DNA of 64,000 bases from an archaeon GW2011_AR15 (GCA_000830295.1 CP010425.1:928001-992000); one strand, 5' to 3'; positions 49,042-58,857 are shown, counted from the first letter of the stretch. Program-made: numbers and translations. Notes: generated by a model not told the origin, from the sequence alone.

Positions 49042-50370
49042 ATGCAGCGGATTGATGAGAACACAGTGATGTTTGATAACGGGGTAATGGCGGTTGCTGA
49101 CCCGACTAAAGACCCGGAAATAAAATATTCTGCAACAACAGTGGGAATACATGTCGGCGCTAACGGGGACAAGATTGAAGGGGAAGCGCATGCCCTGGAG
49201 CATATGGTTCTGAATGAGGATGGCATAAGAAAAGATCCTATCTCACTTGCAAGGTATCTGGAGTTTAAAGGATTTAATTTCAACGCCCATACTTCTAATG
49301 ACTATACGACTTATGAGGTGCAATGCCTTCCTGAGCTGCTTCATACGGGTATTGATTTCCTTGATAATACTATAAGAAACGAGAATTACAGCTATGAGGA
49401 GACAACAAGGGAAGTCAGGGGAGTAATAGGCTCTGAGCTTGAGACATATGATAAAGACCCTGTGCAGAGGTTTGGTTCAAGGGTTGTAACTTCAAGAGTT
49501 TTTGACGGGACAGGATATGCACACGATGAAGTAGGCACCCATAAATCACTGGCTCAGATGACCATACCAACGTTTATAGATTTTAAGAGGAGAAATTATA
49601 AGACAAAGGCAAAGCAGGGGGAAAGCAACATCATAATAGCTTCAGCCGGCAGAGTCAATAAGGATGAATTCTTCAATTACGCTGAGGAAGTATTCGGCAA
49701 AATGAAAGATGAGAGGGCGGTTGAGATAGAGGAAAACTGGAATTTCAGGCCTGGAGTTAAGTATGTAGAATACGATGAACTCATTGTCAGAAGCAGGGAG
49801 GATTTTGACCAGGCACTGCTTTCGGTTTCATACAGGATTCCGCCTGTCAGCCATCCTGACAGCTTCGGGCTTGAATTTATTGAATTTATGTTTGGAGAGG
49901 GCTTTACTTCAAGGATGATGGAAGAGATAAGAGTGAGAAGGGGACTTACATATGACGCAGGATCCACTTATCTTTCCATGGGGAACTGCGGAGTTATGGA
50001 GCTCCATGTTACAATGTTCCCGGCAAAAAAGATTGACCAGACTGTTGGACTGGTTCTTGACGTTATTGAAAGCTTTCCTAAAAAGATAAAGGAAGATAAG
50101 GAGTTATTTGAAGGCAAACTTACGCACTATAAGTCAACAATTGCGCAGAAGACATACGCCCCTGACGAATTATGCGAAGAATGGATACTGCATTATTTTG
50201 GTAAATATCCTTACTCTTTTAAGGAGGAATTTGAACTTGCCAGCAGAATAAACAAGGATATGATCCTTGACATTTATGAGAGGAATTTTGCCAATGCAGA
50301 GCCCATAATAGCAATTGCAGCTGCTCCGGGCTACAAGAACAATTATTCTAAATACCTTAACCAAAAATAG
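49042..50370 (+). CDS. M16 family (insulinase-like) zinc peptidase
   Basis: AHALEHM (HxxEH), FNAHTS.DYT.Y, SRMMEEIRVRRGLTY. Confidence 0.85.
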   Translation: MQRIDENTVMFDNGVMAVADPTKDPEIKYSATTVGIHVGANGDKIEGEAHALEHMVLNEDGIRKDPISLARYLEFKGFNFNAHTSNDYTTYEVQCLPELLHTGIDFLDNTIRNENYSYEETTREVRGVIGSELETYDKDPVQRFGSRVVTSRVFDGTGYAHDEVGTHKSLAQMTIPTFIDFKRRNYKTKAKQGESNIIIASAGRVNKDEFFNYAEEVFGKMKDERAVEIEENWNFRPGVKYVEYDELIVRSREDFDQALLSVSYRIPPVSHPDSFGLEFIEFMFGEGFTSRMMEEIRVRRGLTYDAGSTYLSMGNCGVMELHVTMFPAKKIDQTVGLVLDVIESFPKKIKEDKELFEGKLTHYKSTIAQKTYAPDELCEEWILHYFGKYPYSFKEEFELASRINKDMILDIYERNFANAEPIIAIAAAPGYKNNYSKYLNQK

Positions 50371-50908
50371 GCAGCAGGTCCCTTATGCTCTGCGAGAATA
50401 GGCCGAGGAACTTGGCAAGTGCTTCCAGCATACTCATTTTAAATCTCAGCCATCCTGAAGTTATCTCATAGATGATATTCCCATCTCCGACTTCAGCAGC
50501 AGCCTGCTTTGCCCCGTTTTCAGATTCAAATACCCTGAGCGCAGAAGCCTCGGATGCAAGGATTATGACATCCGGCTCTTCATCCAGCATTTCGCCTTCC
50601 TTTATGGATTTCAGCCTGCTTGACTTTGTCTCCGCTATAATTGCATAAGTAAATGTTTTGTTTTCCCAACTGACAAATGATATCGGGTCATCATCAAGCT
50701 TTGCAGCATAGTCAGAATAGTATTCTTCCGGCACTATGTATGCCTGTATTGTGCTTCCGCTAAGAATAAGGGAAACTCCTGAAGGCAGCTTCTCATCTGA
50801 GCCGTCTTTTGCAAGAAGCTCATTCATATGCTCGTCAAGGGTCTTTGCAGTTACTGAAGACACAAGAAGCAGCATTGCGAGAACAATCAACAGAAGTTTC
50901 AATTTCAT
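50357..50908 (-). CDS. Secreted hypothetical protein
   Basis: Signal peptide MKLKLLLIVLAMLLLVSSVTA. Confidence 0.65.
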   Translation of the reverse strand: MKLKLLLIVLAMLLLVSSVTAKTLDEHMNELLAKDGSDEKLPSGVSLILSGSTIQAYIVPEEYYSDYAAKLDDDPISFVSWENKTFTYAIIAETKSSRLKSIKEGEMLDEEPDVIILASEASALRVFESENGAKQAAAEVGDGNIIYEITSGWLRFKMSMLEALAKFLGLFSQSIRDLLPIFG

Positions 50909-50981
50909 TTAGGGAACTGATGGATAGCCGGTATATAAATTTTTCTGTAAGGTTAATTTAATAAAAAATAAAAGAAAAAAA

Positions 50982-53900
50982 CTATTCTTTTGCTTTACGG
51001 ACTTTCATGTAAAGCAGCAGCCCGCCTACTATTATGGCAAATACAATCAGGTATGTAGCAAGGTTTGCTCCTGCTCCCCCTGTTACTGCTCCTGTAATTC
51101 CTGTAAGGCCAGTATCAGGTGTTTCTGTGGTTCCTGCTGGTGCTGTTTCTTCAGCTGGTGCTGCCTCTTCTGCAGCAGGTGCTTCTTCCTCACCAGATTC
51201 GCCATATGAGAATGCAGTTCCTCCGCTGTTTGAGCCTCCGCCTGATGTTGATCCTGCAGAGCCACTGTCACTCGGATTTGAATTCAGGTTTCCGTATGAT
51301 GTGAAGTGGTAGGTCACAATCTTTGTATTGGTGCCGTCTGTTATGTAACATTCTCCTGGGAAAGTTGGGTTTTCAGGCGCATCATATGTTCCGCCGCACA
51401 CAGTTGTTATCTGCACCCACTGTGATGATCCGGCCGGCTTGTATCCGACAGAACCAGTGACGCCGTTCAGCATGATTGTTACTGCAGTATCAAATATCAA
51501 TACTGAGCTGGATGAGCCGACTTCAATCACAGTTCCGCCTACTGAGAACCCTGATGGCGCAGTGCCATTGCTGGTGCCGCTTGTCGGAGGCAACAGTATT
51601 CCGTCCCATGAAGATGAGGCAAGTATTGTTGTGCCGTTAGGTATGGATACGGTTACACCTGTAAGGTTGGCATTTGTCAGATTTATTGTAGCCCCTGATG
51701 ATGTTGTCAGCTGCACTGCCTTATCTATGCTGACGTTTACATCCCCTATTGTCTCTAAGCTCACGTTAGTGTTATTGAGGTCTCCGCCTGTGTAATCTTC
51801 AATATCTTTTACTTCTCCCCCTATAACAATGCTGCCGTCTGTTGCGTTGTTTGTCTGGTTATTCAGGTCAAGCTCTTCTTCTATCTCTTCATCTACTGTT
51901 GTCTGCCCCTCTTCTTCTGTTGCAGAGCAGCTGGAATCTGTGCAGTATGGTGAGTAGTCGACATTTCCCTCAACATTATCGCTTGGCTCTGTGTCGCCCC
52001 ACCAGTTGCTTGTTGCGTCAATCTCGTTGTCTGTATCCTCAACAATCAAACCTTTGCTGTCATCAGTAATTGAGTTTTGATTGATAGAGACGTCTGCACT
52101 TTCAACATACAGGAGGTGAATACCGGTTCTCTCAGACTCCCCGCCATTGTCTGAGATGGTGTTTTCTTCAATCGTAAGAGTTGCAGGGAGCTCTTCATCA
52201 CCCTCAATGTATTCAACATAGATGCCGGCTTGTCCGTTATCCTCAATAGTGTTGTTTCCGGAAATCGTCACTAGGGCATCGATTGAATAAATATAGATTC
52301 CCTTTCCTATATTGCCGGAAATCGCAGGGTTATCAGTAATATTAAGTGTGCTTCCCTCACCACTTACATATTCGACATAAATGCCGTCGCCCCATCCATC
52401 TTCATTGCCGTTATCTTCAATTCTATTCCTGGAAAATGTGGCCTCTGCGCCCTCACTAACTTCATATACATATATGCCGCCTTCGCTGTTTCCTGAAATA
52501 GTGTTTTCTGAGAAGGTAAGTATATCAAAGTAGGTATCGCTGAGATAGACTCCCGAATAATCATTGTCTTCAATGATGTTCCCTGAAATGTTAATGGTCT
52601 CGTAGGAAACAGAGTCATCTTTTCCGGCATAGATACCATAGCCTTCAGTTGTGACATTGTTGTCGGCAATTGTAAGCTCAAAGCCATCTTCAGCAGAGCC
52701 GATAACAATTCCGTCACCTGTTATACCAGCCAACGCATTATTGCGAATACTGACTTGGTTGGCTCCATAAATGAAGATGCCGTCTCCCTCGTCTTCCCCA
52801 ATATTGTTCATGAGGGTATTCTCTACTGTAAAGACACCCCCTGCATAGTCATCTTCCAGCCAAACAGCACCTCCGGTTATATCCTGAAATACTGTCCCGC
52901 CCGGCACATCAGCCGTAACAGTAATGCGCTCTGTGTAACAGCAGGAATAAACGCCGTAATAAAGGTCAAAGAAGCCGCTGTTGGAAATAATGATGTTGTC
53001 AAGTGCTTCTTCCCCTTCATAGTTAATCTCTACGCCTGTACCTGTTCCATCATCCCCTTCAAATCTAAAACCATCAATAGTTATGTTTGAAGAAAAAATG
53101 CTGAAACCATAGCCATCTTCTGTAATATCAATCACTGTTGTTTCCTCAAACCCGGAACCCTGCAGGGTTATGTCGGATGTTTCAATATCAATGCCTCCTT
53201 CATAGGTGCCGTCGGCAACATTTATTGTATCTCCCTCAAATGCAGCATCTATAGCTTTTTGTATTGTTGCCGGGGATTCGACATTGAATGTATTCCCTGT
53301 TCCGGTTGCATCTGATGCTGCTGTTCCGCCGATAACTTCCTCTGTATCTTCAGTCATTTCAAATGTGTTTGAATTGATTTCTATGCTACTTATTATGCCA
53401 TCTCCGTTTCCAGCACCGACTCTTATAGCCCTTAATCCCCAATTGCTGAATGTATTGTTTTCAAATGAAACCCCGGAAATATCGTAATCTGTTTCTGTCT
53501 CGATAAAGTTTGTAAGCACCGCTACTTCACTTCCACTTGAGCCGCTAACAGTATTGTGTTCAAAAGCAAGATTGCTTAAATCTGATAATTCAGCTGTCCA
53601 GAGGACGTTTGTGCTCTTTGTTGGATCATTTAGGGTTATTTCGTTATAGCTCACTTCAGACTCTGAAACATCATGCAGATCAAGGCCGTCTCCTGTTCCA
53701 CCTTCGCCGTCATTTATTGTAATGAAATTTCCATGTTCTGAGCCTCCTATTAACCAGCCTGTGTGAGGAGAACTTACTTGTTCAGCATATATTCCTGTGG
53801 AGTATCCATCAACAACTATTATAGTATCTTGTACTGTTAGACCTGTTGTTGCTCCATACTCGTTTGGCGTTCCGCCAACCCAGATTCCGTGCGAATCTGT

Positions 53901-54260
53901 TCCTGTAGTGTGTATCTTCAGATTTGCTATTGTTATATCTGAGGAATCTGTTATTGCAAACCCTATTCCTAAGGAAGGTTCAATCAGTGTAGTATCTCCA
54001 ACACCCTGTATTGTCAAATCTGTTTTAGAATCTATAACAATATTTTCATCATAAGTCCCAGCAGCGATAATTATTGTATCCCCGGGGTTTGCAGCATCAA
54101 TTGCAGTTTGAATTGTTGCATACTCTCCAGGTACATTTCTAATCGTAGGATCAGGAACAACAGCAAAAACAGACGCGAGGGTTAAAAGGAATATAAGAGA
54201 AAGAACAGCGAACTTAATCGTGTCGTTGTAAATAGAATCCAAGTTAATAGTGGTTTTCAT
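50982..54260 (-). CDS. Right-handed beta-helix (pectin lyase-like/NosD-type) surface protein with C-terminal TM anchor
   Basis: Signal peptide; YATIQTAIDAANPGDTI..AAGTY.E and a second TIQKAIDAAFEGDTINVADGTY; repeated I..N.I..N...GIY; GITGAV plus TM plus basic tail. Confidence 0.85.
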   Translation of the reverse strand: MKTTINLDSIYNDTIKFAVLSLIFLLTLASVFAVVPDPTIRNVPGEYATIQTAIDAANPGDTIIIAAGTYDENIVIDSKTDLTIQGVGDTTLIEPSLGIGFAITDSSDITIANLKIHTTGTDSHGIWVGGTPNEYGATTGLTVQDTIIVVDGYSTGIYAEQVSSPHTGWLIGGSEHGNFITINDGEGGTGDGLDLHDVSESEVSYNEITLNDPTKSTNVLWTAELSDLSNLAFEHNTVSGSSGSEVAVLTNFIETETDYDISGVSFENNTFSNWGLRAIRVGAGNGDGIISSIEINSNTFEMTEDTEEVIGGTAASDATGTGNTFNVESPATIQKAIDAAFEGDTINVADGTYEGGIDIETSDITLQGSGFEETTVIDITEDGYGFSIFSSNITIDGFRFEGDDGTGTGVEINYEGEEALDNIIISNSGFFDLYYGVYSCCYTERITVTADVPGGTVFQDITGGAVWLEDDYAGGVFTVENTLMNNIGEDEGDGIFIYGANQVSIRNNALAGITGDGIVIGSAEDGFELTIADNNVTTEGYGIYAGKDDSVSYETINISGNIIEDNDYSGVYLSDTYFDILTFSENTISGNSEGGIYVYEVSEGAEATFSRNRIEDNGNEDGWGDGIYVEYVSGEGSTLNITDNPAISGNIGKGIYIYSIDALVTISGNNTIEDNGQAGIYVEYIEGDEELPATLTIEENTISDNGGESERTGIHLLYVESADVSINQNSITDDSKGLIVEDTDNEIDATSNWWGDTEPSDNVEGNVDYSPYCTDSSCSATEEEGQTTVDEEIEEELDLNNQTNNATDGSIVIGGEVKDIEDYTGGDLNNTNVSLETIGDVNVSIDKAVQLTTSSGATINLTNANLTGVTVSIPNGTTILASSSWDGILLPPTSGTSNGTAPSGFSVGGTVIEVGSSSSVLIFDTAVTIMLNGVTGSVGYKPAGSSQWVQITTVCGGTYDAPENPTFPGECYITDGTNTKIVTYHFTSYGNLNSNPSDSGSAGSTSGGGSNSGGTAFSYGESGEEEAPAAEEAAPAEETAPAGTTETPDTGLTGITGAVTGGAGANLATYLIVFAIIVGGLLLYMKVRKAKE

Positions 54261-54394
54261 TCTAGTAACCCCCGATAAATTAAGTAGAGGTAGCCTAAGT
54301 TTATTTATAAATATATGCCCTAAAAGTTATTTTGCAGAACAAGCTAATCCAGAAATTAAAAAACCTTAAATATCTGTTCCATATAAGATAGGCC

Positions 54395-55084
54395 ATGAGA
54401 ATCAAAGAATTTGTATTCCTGTTCGTGAAGTCCCTGAGCCCGCAGCAGTACACCATGCTGATAACCAGGAAAAAAAGGGATGCCGCCCTTTACTTTACTT
54501 ACCTTATGATACTGTTTGTTCTCATATCAGCGGTAATCAATATCCCCTCTTTTTACGATTTTCCACAGACAATCCAGAAATTCAACTTTACAGGCATAGG
54601 TGAGAAGACAACAGTCCTCCAGCAGCCGAAAGTAGTGCTGGATTTCACGCCAGGGGAAAAGGACCTCACAAACGAGGCGCTTATAATCACAGAAGAGAAG
54701 ATTGTGCAGTGGAAATTCCAGCCTAATATCTCCACATTCAGATTATTCGAGCAGGAAACAAAAGAGATCCCCGGATACTTTTACTGGATACTGCTTTTGT
54801 TCCTGCTGCCCTCATACTTCTTTGTGGCATTTGTGATGACCTCAGTAAAATACCTCCTATTAGGCCTTCTTTTTGTAGCAATAGGAATTATATTTGACCT
54901 GATACTGAAAAGGAAAGCAGGAGTGTTCAAGCTTGCAAGGGCAGCAGCATTCTCACTTACCATTCCTGTCCTGCTGGCCTCGGCATCAATCCTGCTGGGA
55001 ATCAATCTTTATCCGGTGTTATTCTACCTTGTTTTCTCTGTCATAATCCTTTTAGTAATAACAAAAAAGCCAATGCTTGGATAA
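54395..55084 (+). CDS. Membrane protein (DUF1189-like)
   Basis: One N-terminal TM, an extracellular loop and 3-4 C-terminal TMs. KSLSP..Y and AFSLTIP motifs. Confidence 0.6.
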   Translation: MRIKEFVFLFVKSLSPQQYTMLITRKKRDAALYFTYLMILFVLISAVINIPSFYDFPQTIQKFNFTGIGEKTTVLQQPKVVLDFTPGEKDLTNEALIITEEKIVQWKFQPNISTFRLFEQETKEIPGYFYWILLLFLLPSYFFVAFVMTSVKYLLLGLLFVAIGIIFDLILKRKAGVFKLARAAAFSLTIPVLLASASILLGINLYPVLFYLVFSVIILLVITKKPMLG

Positions 55085-55085
55085 A

Positions 55086-55244
55086 ATGCCTAAAAAAACA
55101 GATATTCTCTACGAAGAGATAAAGAGAAAAGATGAAATAATCAGGAGGCTAAAGGAGGAAAACATGCTCCTGATGAAGGCAGCCCTGAAAGCCTCTGAAA
55201 GGCAGAAAAAGGCTGAGGAAGAACTCATGAGGCAGGCTAAATAA
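55086..55244 (+). CDS. Small coiled-coil protein (52 aa)
   Basis: MPKKTDILYEEIKRKDEIIRRLKEENMLLMKAALKASERQ...; starts 1 nt after the upstream stop. Not in the ORF track. Confidence 0.6.
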   Translation: MPKKTDILYEEIKRKDEIIRRLKEENMLLMKAALKASERQKKAEEELMRQAK

Positions 55245-55701
55245 GCTTTTTTTCAATCTCTTTTTTTAAAGCATTGATGTGAAGCTCAAATTTCAATTTT
55301 AGAATTTTCCAGTCCCGATATCTCAGCAGCTGCCCCATATAATTTATCGCGTTCCTTTTTAGCCTGATTATTTCTAAAAAATCCCAGTCCAGCTCTAATT
55401 CAGGATGCTTAAAGCAGAGATAAGCATTCTTGCACTGGTGATTATCTGCTTTTATACCGTCAAAGAGGAGATAAGCCTCAATCAGCCCTCTTAATGATTC
55501 ATAATGCTCCCTGAATACAAATGTCCAGTCTGTGCTGCTTTCTGGGATGCCTTTTGATTTGCTATTGATGAATTCAAGCCCCTTTTCAGCAACAGTCCTC
55601 AGCGATTTTATAAGCTCAATATCTACAGATTTTTCCTTTATTATTCCAGTGCTTATGCACTGCATGTATGTTTTTTCAAGGTTATCCACTCTGGCTTTCA
55701 T
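55237..55701 (-). CDS. HEPN-like protein (toxin partner of MNT)
   Basis: YES.R.LIEA.L..G....NH and R..RNAINY. Directly follows the MNT gene. Confidence 0.7.
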   Translation of the reverse strand: MKARVDNLEKTYMQCISTGIIKEKSVDIELIKSLRTVAEKGLEFINSKSKGIPESSTDWTFVFREHYESLRGLIEAYLLFDGIKADNHQCKNAYLCFKHPELELDWDFLEIIRLKRNAINYMGQLLRYRDWKILKLKFELHINALKKEIEKKLI

Positions 55702-56253
55702 CTATGCAACCTCTGCAATATCATGTATTTGTCCTTTTATTACATATCCATTGATGATATTTTTCATAAGTCCTGTCCTAACTTGATCGATTTCTTTTTT
55801 GCTTTCAAAGACATGCATCTCTATATTTCTCCGCAGCCTTTTTTCATAAAGATTTTTGTCAAAATCCGAAACATTTCCGAAAACAAAAATGTCGACATCA
55901 GAATCTTTATACCAGTCTCCCTTTGCAATGCTTCCAAAAAGTATTATTGTTCTCGCTGATTTCAGCGACAAAAGCTTTGGTATAAGCCCGCTTTTGTGAA
56001 GCTGCTCCAGAGCATAAATTCTTTTTAGAGAGTAATAAATGTGATTATTGCTTCCGGCTGTAAAATAAGGGAATTTTCCTTTTTCCTTTGTGTAATTAAG
56101 CAGCCCTTCAGCAGTATATTTCCTTAGCCATTTATTAGCAACTGCTTTTGTAACCCCTGCTTTCCTGACTATTTCCTGGAAGTGCCATTCTTTTAACGGG
56201 CTGTCCTCTAAAATTAATTTCAGCACGTTTTCTTCTTTGCTCGGGCTTGCCAT
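55702..56253 (-). CDS. HTH plus minimal nucleotidyltransferase (MNT) protein
   Basis: N-terminal wHTH. IILFGSIAKGD...SDVDIFV (GS-x10-DxD). Confidence 0.9.
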   Translation of the reverse strand: MASPSKEENVLKLILEDSPLKEWHFQEIVRKAGVTKAVANKWLRKYTAEGLLNYTKEKGKFPYFTAGSNNHIYYSLKRIYALEQLHKSGLIPKLLSLKSARTIILFGSIAKGDWYKDSDVDIFVFGNVSDFDKNLYEKRLRRNIEMHVFESKKEIDQVRTGLMKNIINGYVIKGQIHDIAEVA

Positions 56254-56254
56254 A

Positions 56255-56281
56255 AAATAGTATAACTGAGATATACTATTT
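56255..56281. promoter_or_regulatory. Perfect 10-bp inverted repeat at the MNT-HEPN promoter (autoregulatory operator candidate)
   Basis: AAATAGTATA-actgaga-TATACTATTT between the TATA (TTTAAATA on the minus strand) and the start codon at 56253. Confidence 0.6.
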
Positions 56282-56369
56282 AAATATTTGTATCTTTATT
56301 CAATACTAAGCATTGCACTATAGAATTTGAGCATCATATTTATAAATAACTTTTCACTACTCATTAGTA

Positions 56370-57059
56370 ATGGTAAAAAAAGTATTTTGGGGAGACTACG
56401 GAAACTCTGCTGTGAGGGATGAGGGAACTCTAAAACTGCAGAAGCTTGTAGAGGAGAAGGCAGAGCTTACATATTCAAAAGATCCCGCTTCAATAGAAGA
56501 GCTGCTTGAAGGGGAATTTGATTTTGTAATACTAACTCCGTACTGGCCTCCGTTAGCAGGGACTGGAGAAGATATATCCGAAAAAATCTACCCATATGAA
56601 GCAATCTTCGGAAAAGGAAAATTCAGGGAATTCCAGACAGAAAGAAACATGCTTATGCTTGGTATGCTCCTATATGACCAGCCAGGCTTATCCAGGTTAA
56701 GTATAGAGGAGCTTCCTGATGAAATAAGGTCAGAGTTGGAAAATGCGAATTATGATGCGGGCACAAGAAGATTCCCGGATATGAATTCGCTTTCAAAGGC
56801 CCTGGAAAGGATAGAAACACTGATAGACTATGTGAAGCTCCCATTAAGTGTAAAGGCAAAGCTTGATGAGCACGGCCTGTATTCCACGTCAGGGTTCTAT
56901 GTTGCTGACAGGCTCAGGAAAAAAAGCGATTCTCCTATAGTTTTTCTCACATATAATGATTATGACGAGAAAGCTGCCGGCGCAATAGGGAATGTATTTT
57001 TTGTAAAGGAATCTGAAATATACAGCGGCTTCCAAAAACTCCTGGACGCACTGAATTAA
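56370..57059 (+). CDS. Hypothetical protein, receiver(REC)-like fold with insertion
   Basis: KKVFWGD, FDFVILT, SGFYVADRLRKKSDSPIVFLT, FFVK. Confidence 0.55.
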   Translation: MVKKVFWGDYGNSAVRDEGTLKLQKLVEEKAELTYSKDPASIEELLEGEFDFVILTPYWPPLAGTGEDISEKIYPYEAIFGKGKFREFQTERNMLMLGMLLYDQPGLSRLSIEELPDEIRSELENANYDAGTRRFPDMNSLSKALERIETLIDYVKLPLSVKAKLDEHGLYSTSGFYVADRLRKKSDSPIVFLTYNDYDEKAAGAIGNVFFVKESEIYSGFQKLLDALN

Positions 57060-57125
57060 TTCTCAGAGAAAAGTTTAAATACCGCAAAGCCAATTGAATC
57101 TTAAAATTAATCTGAGGTATAAAAA

Positions 57126-57344
57126 ATGGCGAAATCCAAAAAAGTTTCTAAAAAATCAAAAGCAAAAATTCCTGCTGAAGAATTGTACGAGCTGGAGCAC
57201 GCGGCAAAGGTCTATCTTTCATTCGTGCTTGAATACGCTGAAATTCTTGATCCGAAAAAAGGGGTGTCTAAAATAAAAAAGCATGCCTTGGCAATTGCCA
57301 GGGGCGTGGATGAACTGGCTGCTGAGGCCGGAAAGGTGAGATAA
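57126..57344 (+). CDS. Small hypothetical protein
   Basis: 72-aa ORF with a GAGGT SD, coupled to the next gene. Confidence 0.6.
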   Translation: MAKSKKVSKKSKAKIPAEELYELEHAAKVYLSFVLEYAEILDPKKGVSKIKKHALAIARGVDELAAEAGKVR

Positions 57345-57345
57345 A

Positions 57346-58011
57346 ATGGGAGTTGGAGACTGGCTTAACAGGAAACTTACAGGAAAGGCCCCTGCAGCTG
57401 TAAAAGCTATGGAACAGGTAAAGCATGATGAGATGGAACTAAATAAGCTTATCCAGGCTGAGGGAGAGCTTGTGAGCGGCCTGAGGCTTATGTATGCAAA
57501 CAAGGCAGGGCTTACAGAGAAGCTTGTAGCAGTGGTTGACTGGGAAATTAAAAGAGATGCTATTGGGCTGGAAAGACTGAAGGCATGGAAAGCCAGGCAG
57601 GCAGGAGCATTCAGGAAATGGAGAACAAGAATCGGCTCAATGAGAACCGCATTTAAGGAAGGCAAGGCAGATATCACAAAAGACATAGCAAGTCTTGAAA
57701 ATGAGCTCAGGACCATTGAACTGCAGAAAAATCAGACAATTCATGCACTGGATCCGACAAGGGCAAGAGTTTCAAGGAATCTTGCGCAGGTCACAGACCA
57801 GCTCAGGCAGGCAGAGGCCCTTGTAAAGAACCTGAAGATGCAGAAAACAAAGCTTACCAATGTCCAGAGGGATATGGGAAGAGTAGTGACAAGAGATGTC
57901 AATCCTGATGATATCCACAGGCAGGTGCTTCAGCTTGCAGCATCCATGAATCAGTTACAGGCAGCAAGGAGCCCGGCAGAGGTTCAGGAAGCAGTAAAAA
58001 GAATTAAATAA
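57346..58011 (+). CDS. Coiled-coil hypothetical protein
   Basis: 221-aa all-helical ORF with a GGTGA SD and amphipathic N-terminus MGVGDWLNRKL. Confidence 0.65.
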   Translation: MGVGDWLNRKLTGKAPAAVKAMEQVKHDEMELNKLIQAEGELVSGLRLMYANKAGLTEKLVAVVDWEIKRDAIGLERLKAWKARQAGAFRKWRTRIGSMRTAFKEGKADITKDIASLENELRTIELQKNQTIHALDPTRARVSRNLAQVTDQLRQAEALVKNLKMQKTKLTNVQRDMGRVVTRDVNPDDIHRQVLQLAASMNQLQAARSPAEVQEAVKRIK

Positions 58012-58083
58012 TTTTTTCTTTTATTTACTATAAAGTAGTGAAAAATAGAAACATTTATAAGCCATGCAGAAGTTTCTCTGCTT

Positions 58084-58857
58084 ATGGGCTTAGGAAGCAT
58101 TATAAAGGCAGCCGCAGGAGGCCTATTGGCATTCTCAGTCTGCGGAATGGTATATTATGGGTTTATGCAGCCGGCCGACAGCATGCCTGCAGCCAAGGCA
58201 GCAGAGCCACAGCCAGTCTATGCTGAAGCATCAGTGGATGAAGCAAATCAGCAATCTGGTGTTTTATGCTATACTGTTCAGCCCGGAGACACGCTTTCTG
58301 AAATAACTGTCAACACGCTCGGCTATGATCATACTCTGGTAGATGTCATTGCAGGGCTCAGCAATATTAAAAACTCGGGCATCATTGAAGCAGGCCAGCA
58401 GATTTACTGCCCCGATAATAATTTTAATATTAATCAGGATGCCCCTGAAGAAGAACCGGCTTATGATGCACAAAGCAGCCCTGAAGAGCAAAGCCCTGCA
58501 GAAAATCCCGCGGTTCCAGAGTACTCAAAAAATTTGTCAATGGAAGAAATAAGGGAAGTTGCGTTCCAGGTATTTCCTGCTAATGTGGCAGAATATTTTG
58601 CAAGGCTTAGCAGTGAATGCGAAGTAAAAGATGGGAATACAGGAGCCATAGGCGGGGCAGGGGAAAGAGGGCTGTGGCAGATTCATCCGGTCCACGCAGC
58701 AACTTTCCCTGAACTTTGGGAAGACTGGCAGAACCCGTACAGCAATGCGCAGATGGCTTATATTGTAAGCACGCAGTATATGCCTGACGGTGTTTTTGAT
58801 CTAAGTCCCTGGACATGCCAGGCAGTATTAGGTCTGCCAGCACAGGTCACAGAATAA
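58084..58857 (+). CDS. Membrane-anchored LysM plus lysozyme-like (lytic transglycosylase) protein
   Basis: N-terminal TM. LysM YTVQPGDTLSEI...NI.N...I.AGQ.I..P. C-terminal CE...N..A...GERGLWQI...NP..NA..A......SPW. Confidence 0.75.
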   Translation: MGLGSIIKAAAGGLLAFSVCGMVYYGFMQPADSMPAAKAAEPQPVYAEASVDEANQQSGVLCYTVQPGDTLSEITVNTLGYDHTLVDVIAGLSNIKNSGIIEAGQQIYCPDNNFNINQDAPEEEPAYDAQSSPEEQSPAENPAVPEYSKNLSMEEIREVAFQVFPANVAEYFARLSSECEVKDGNTGAIGGAGERGLWQIHPVHAATFPELWEDWQNPYSNAQMAYIVSTQYMPDGVFDLSPWTCQAVLGLPAQVTE

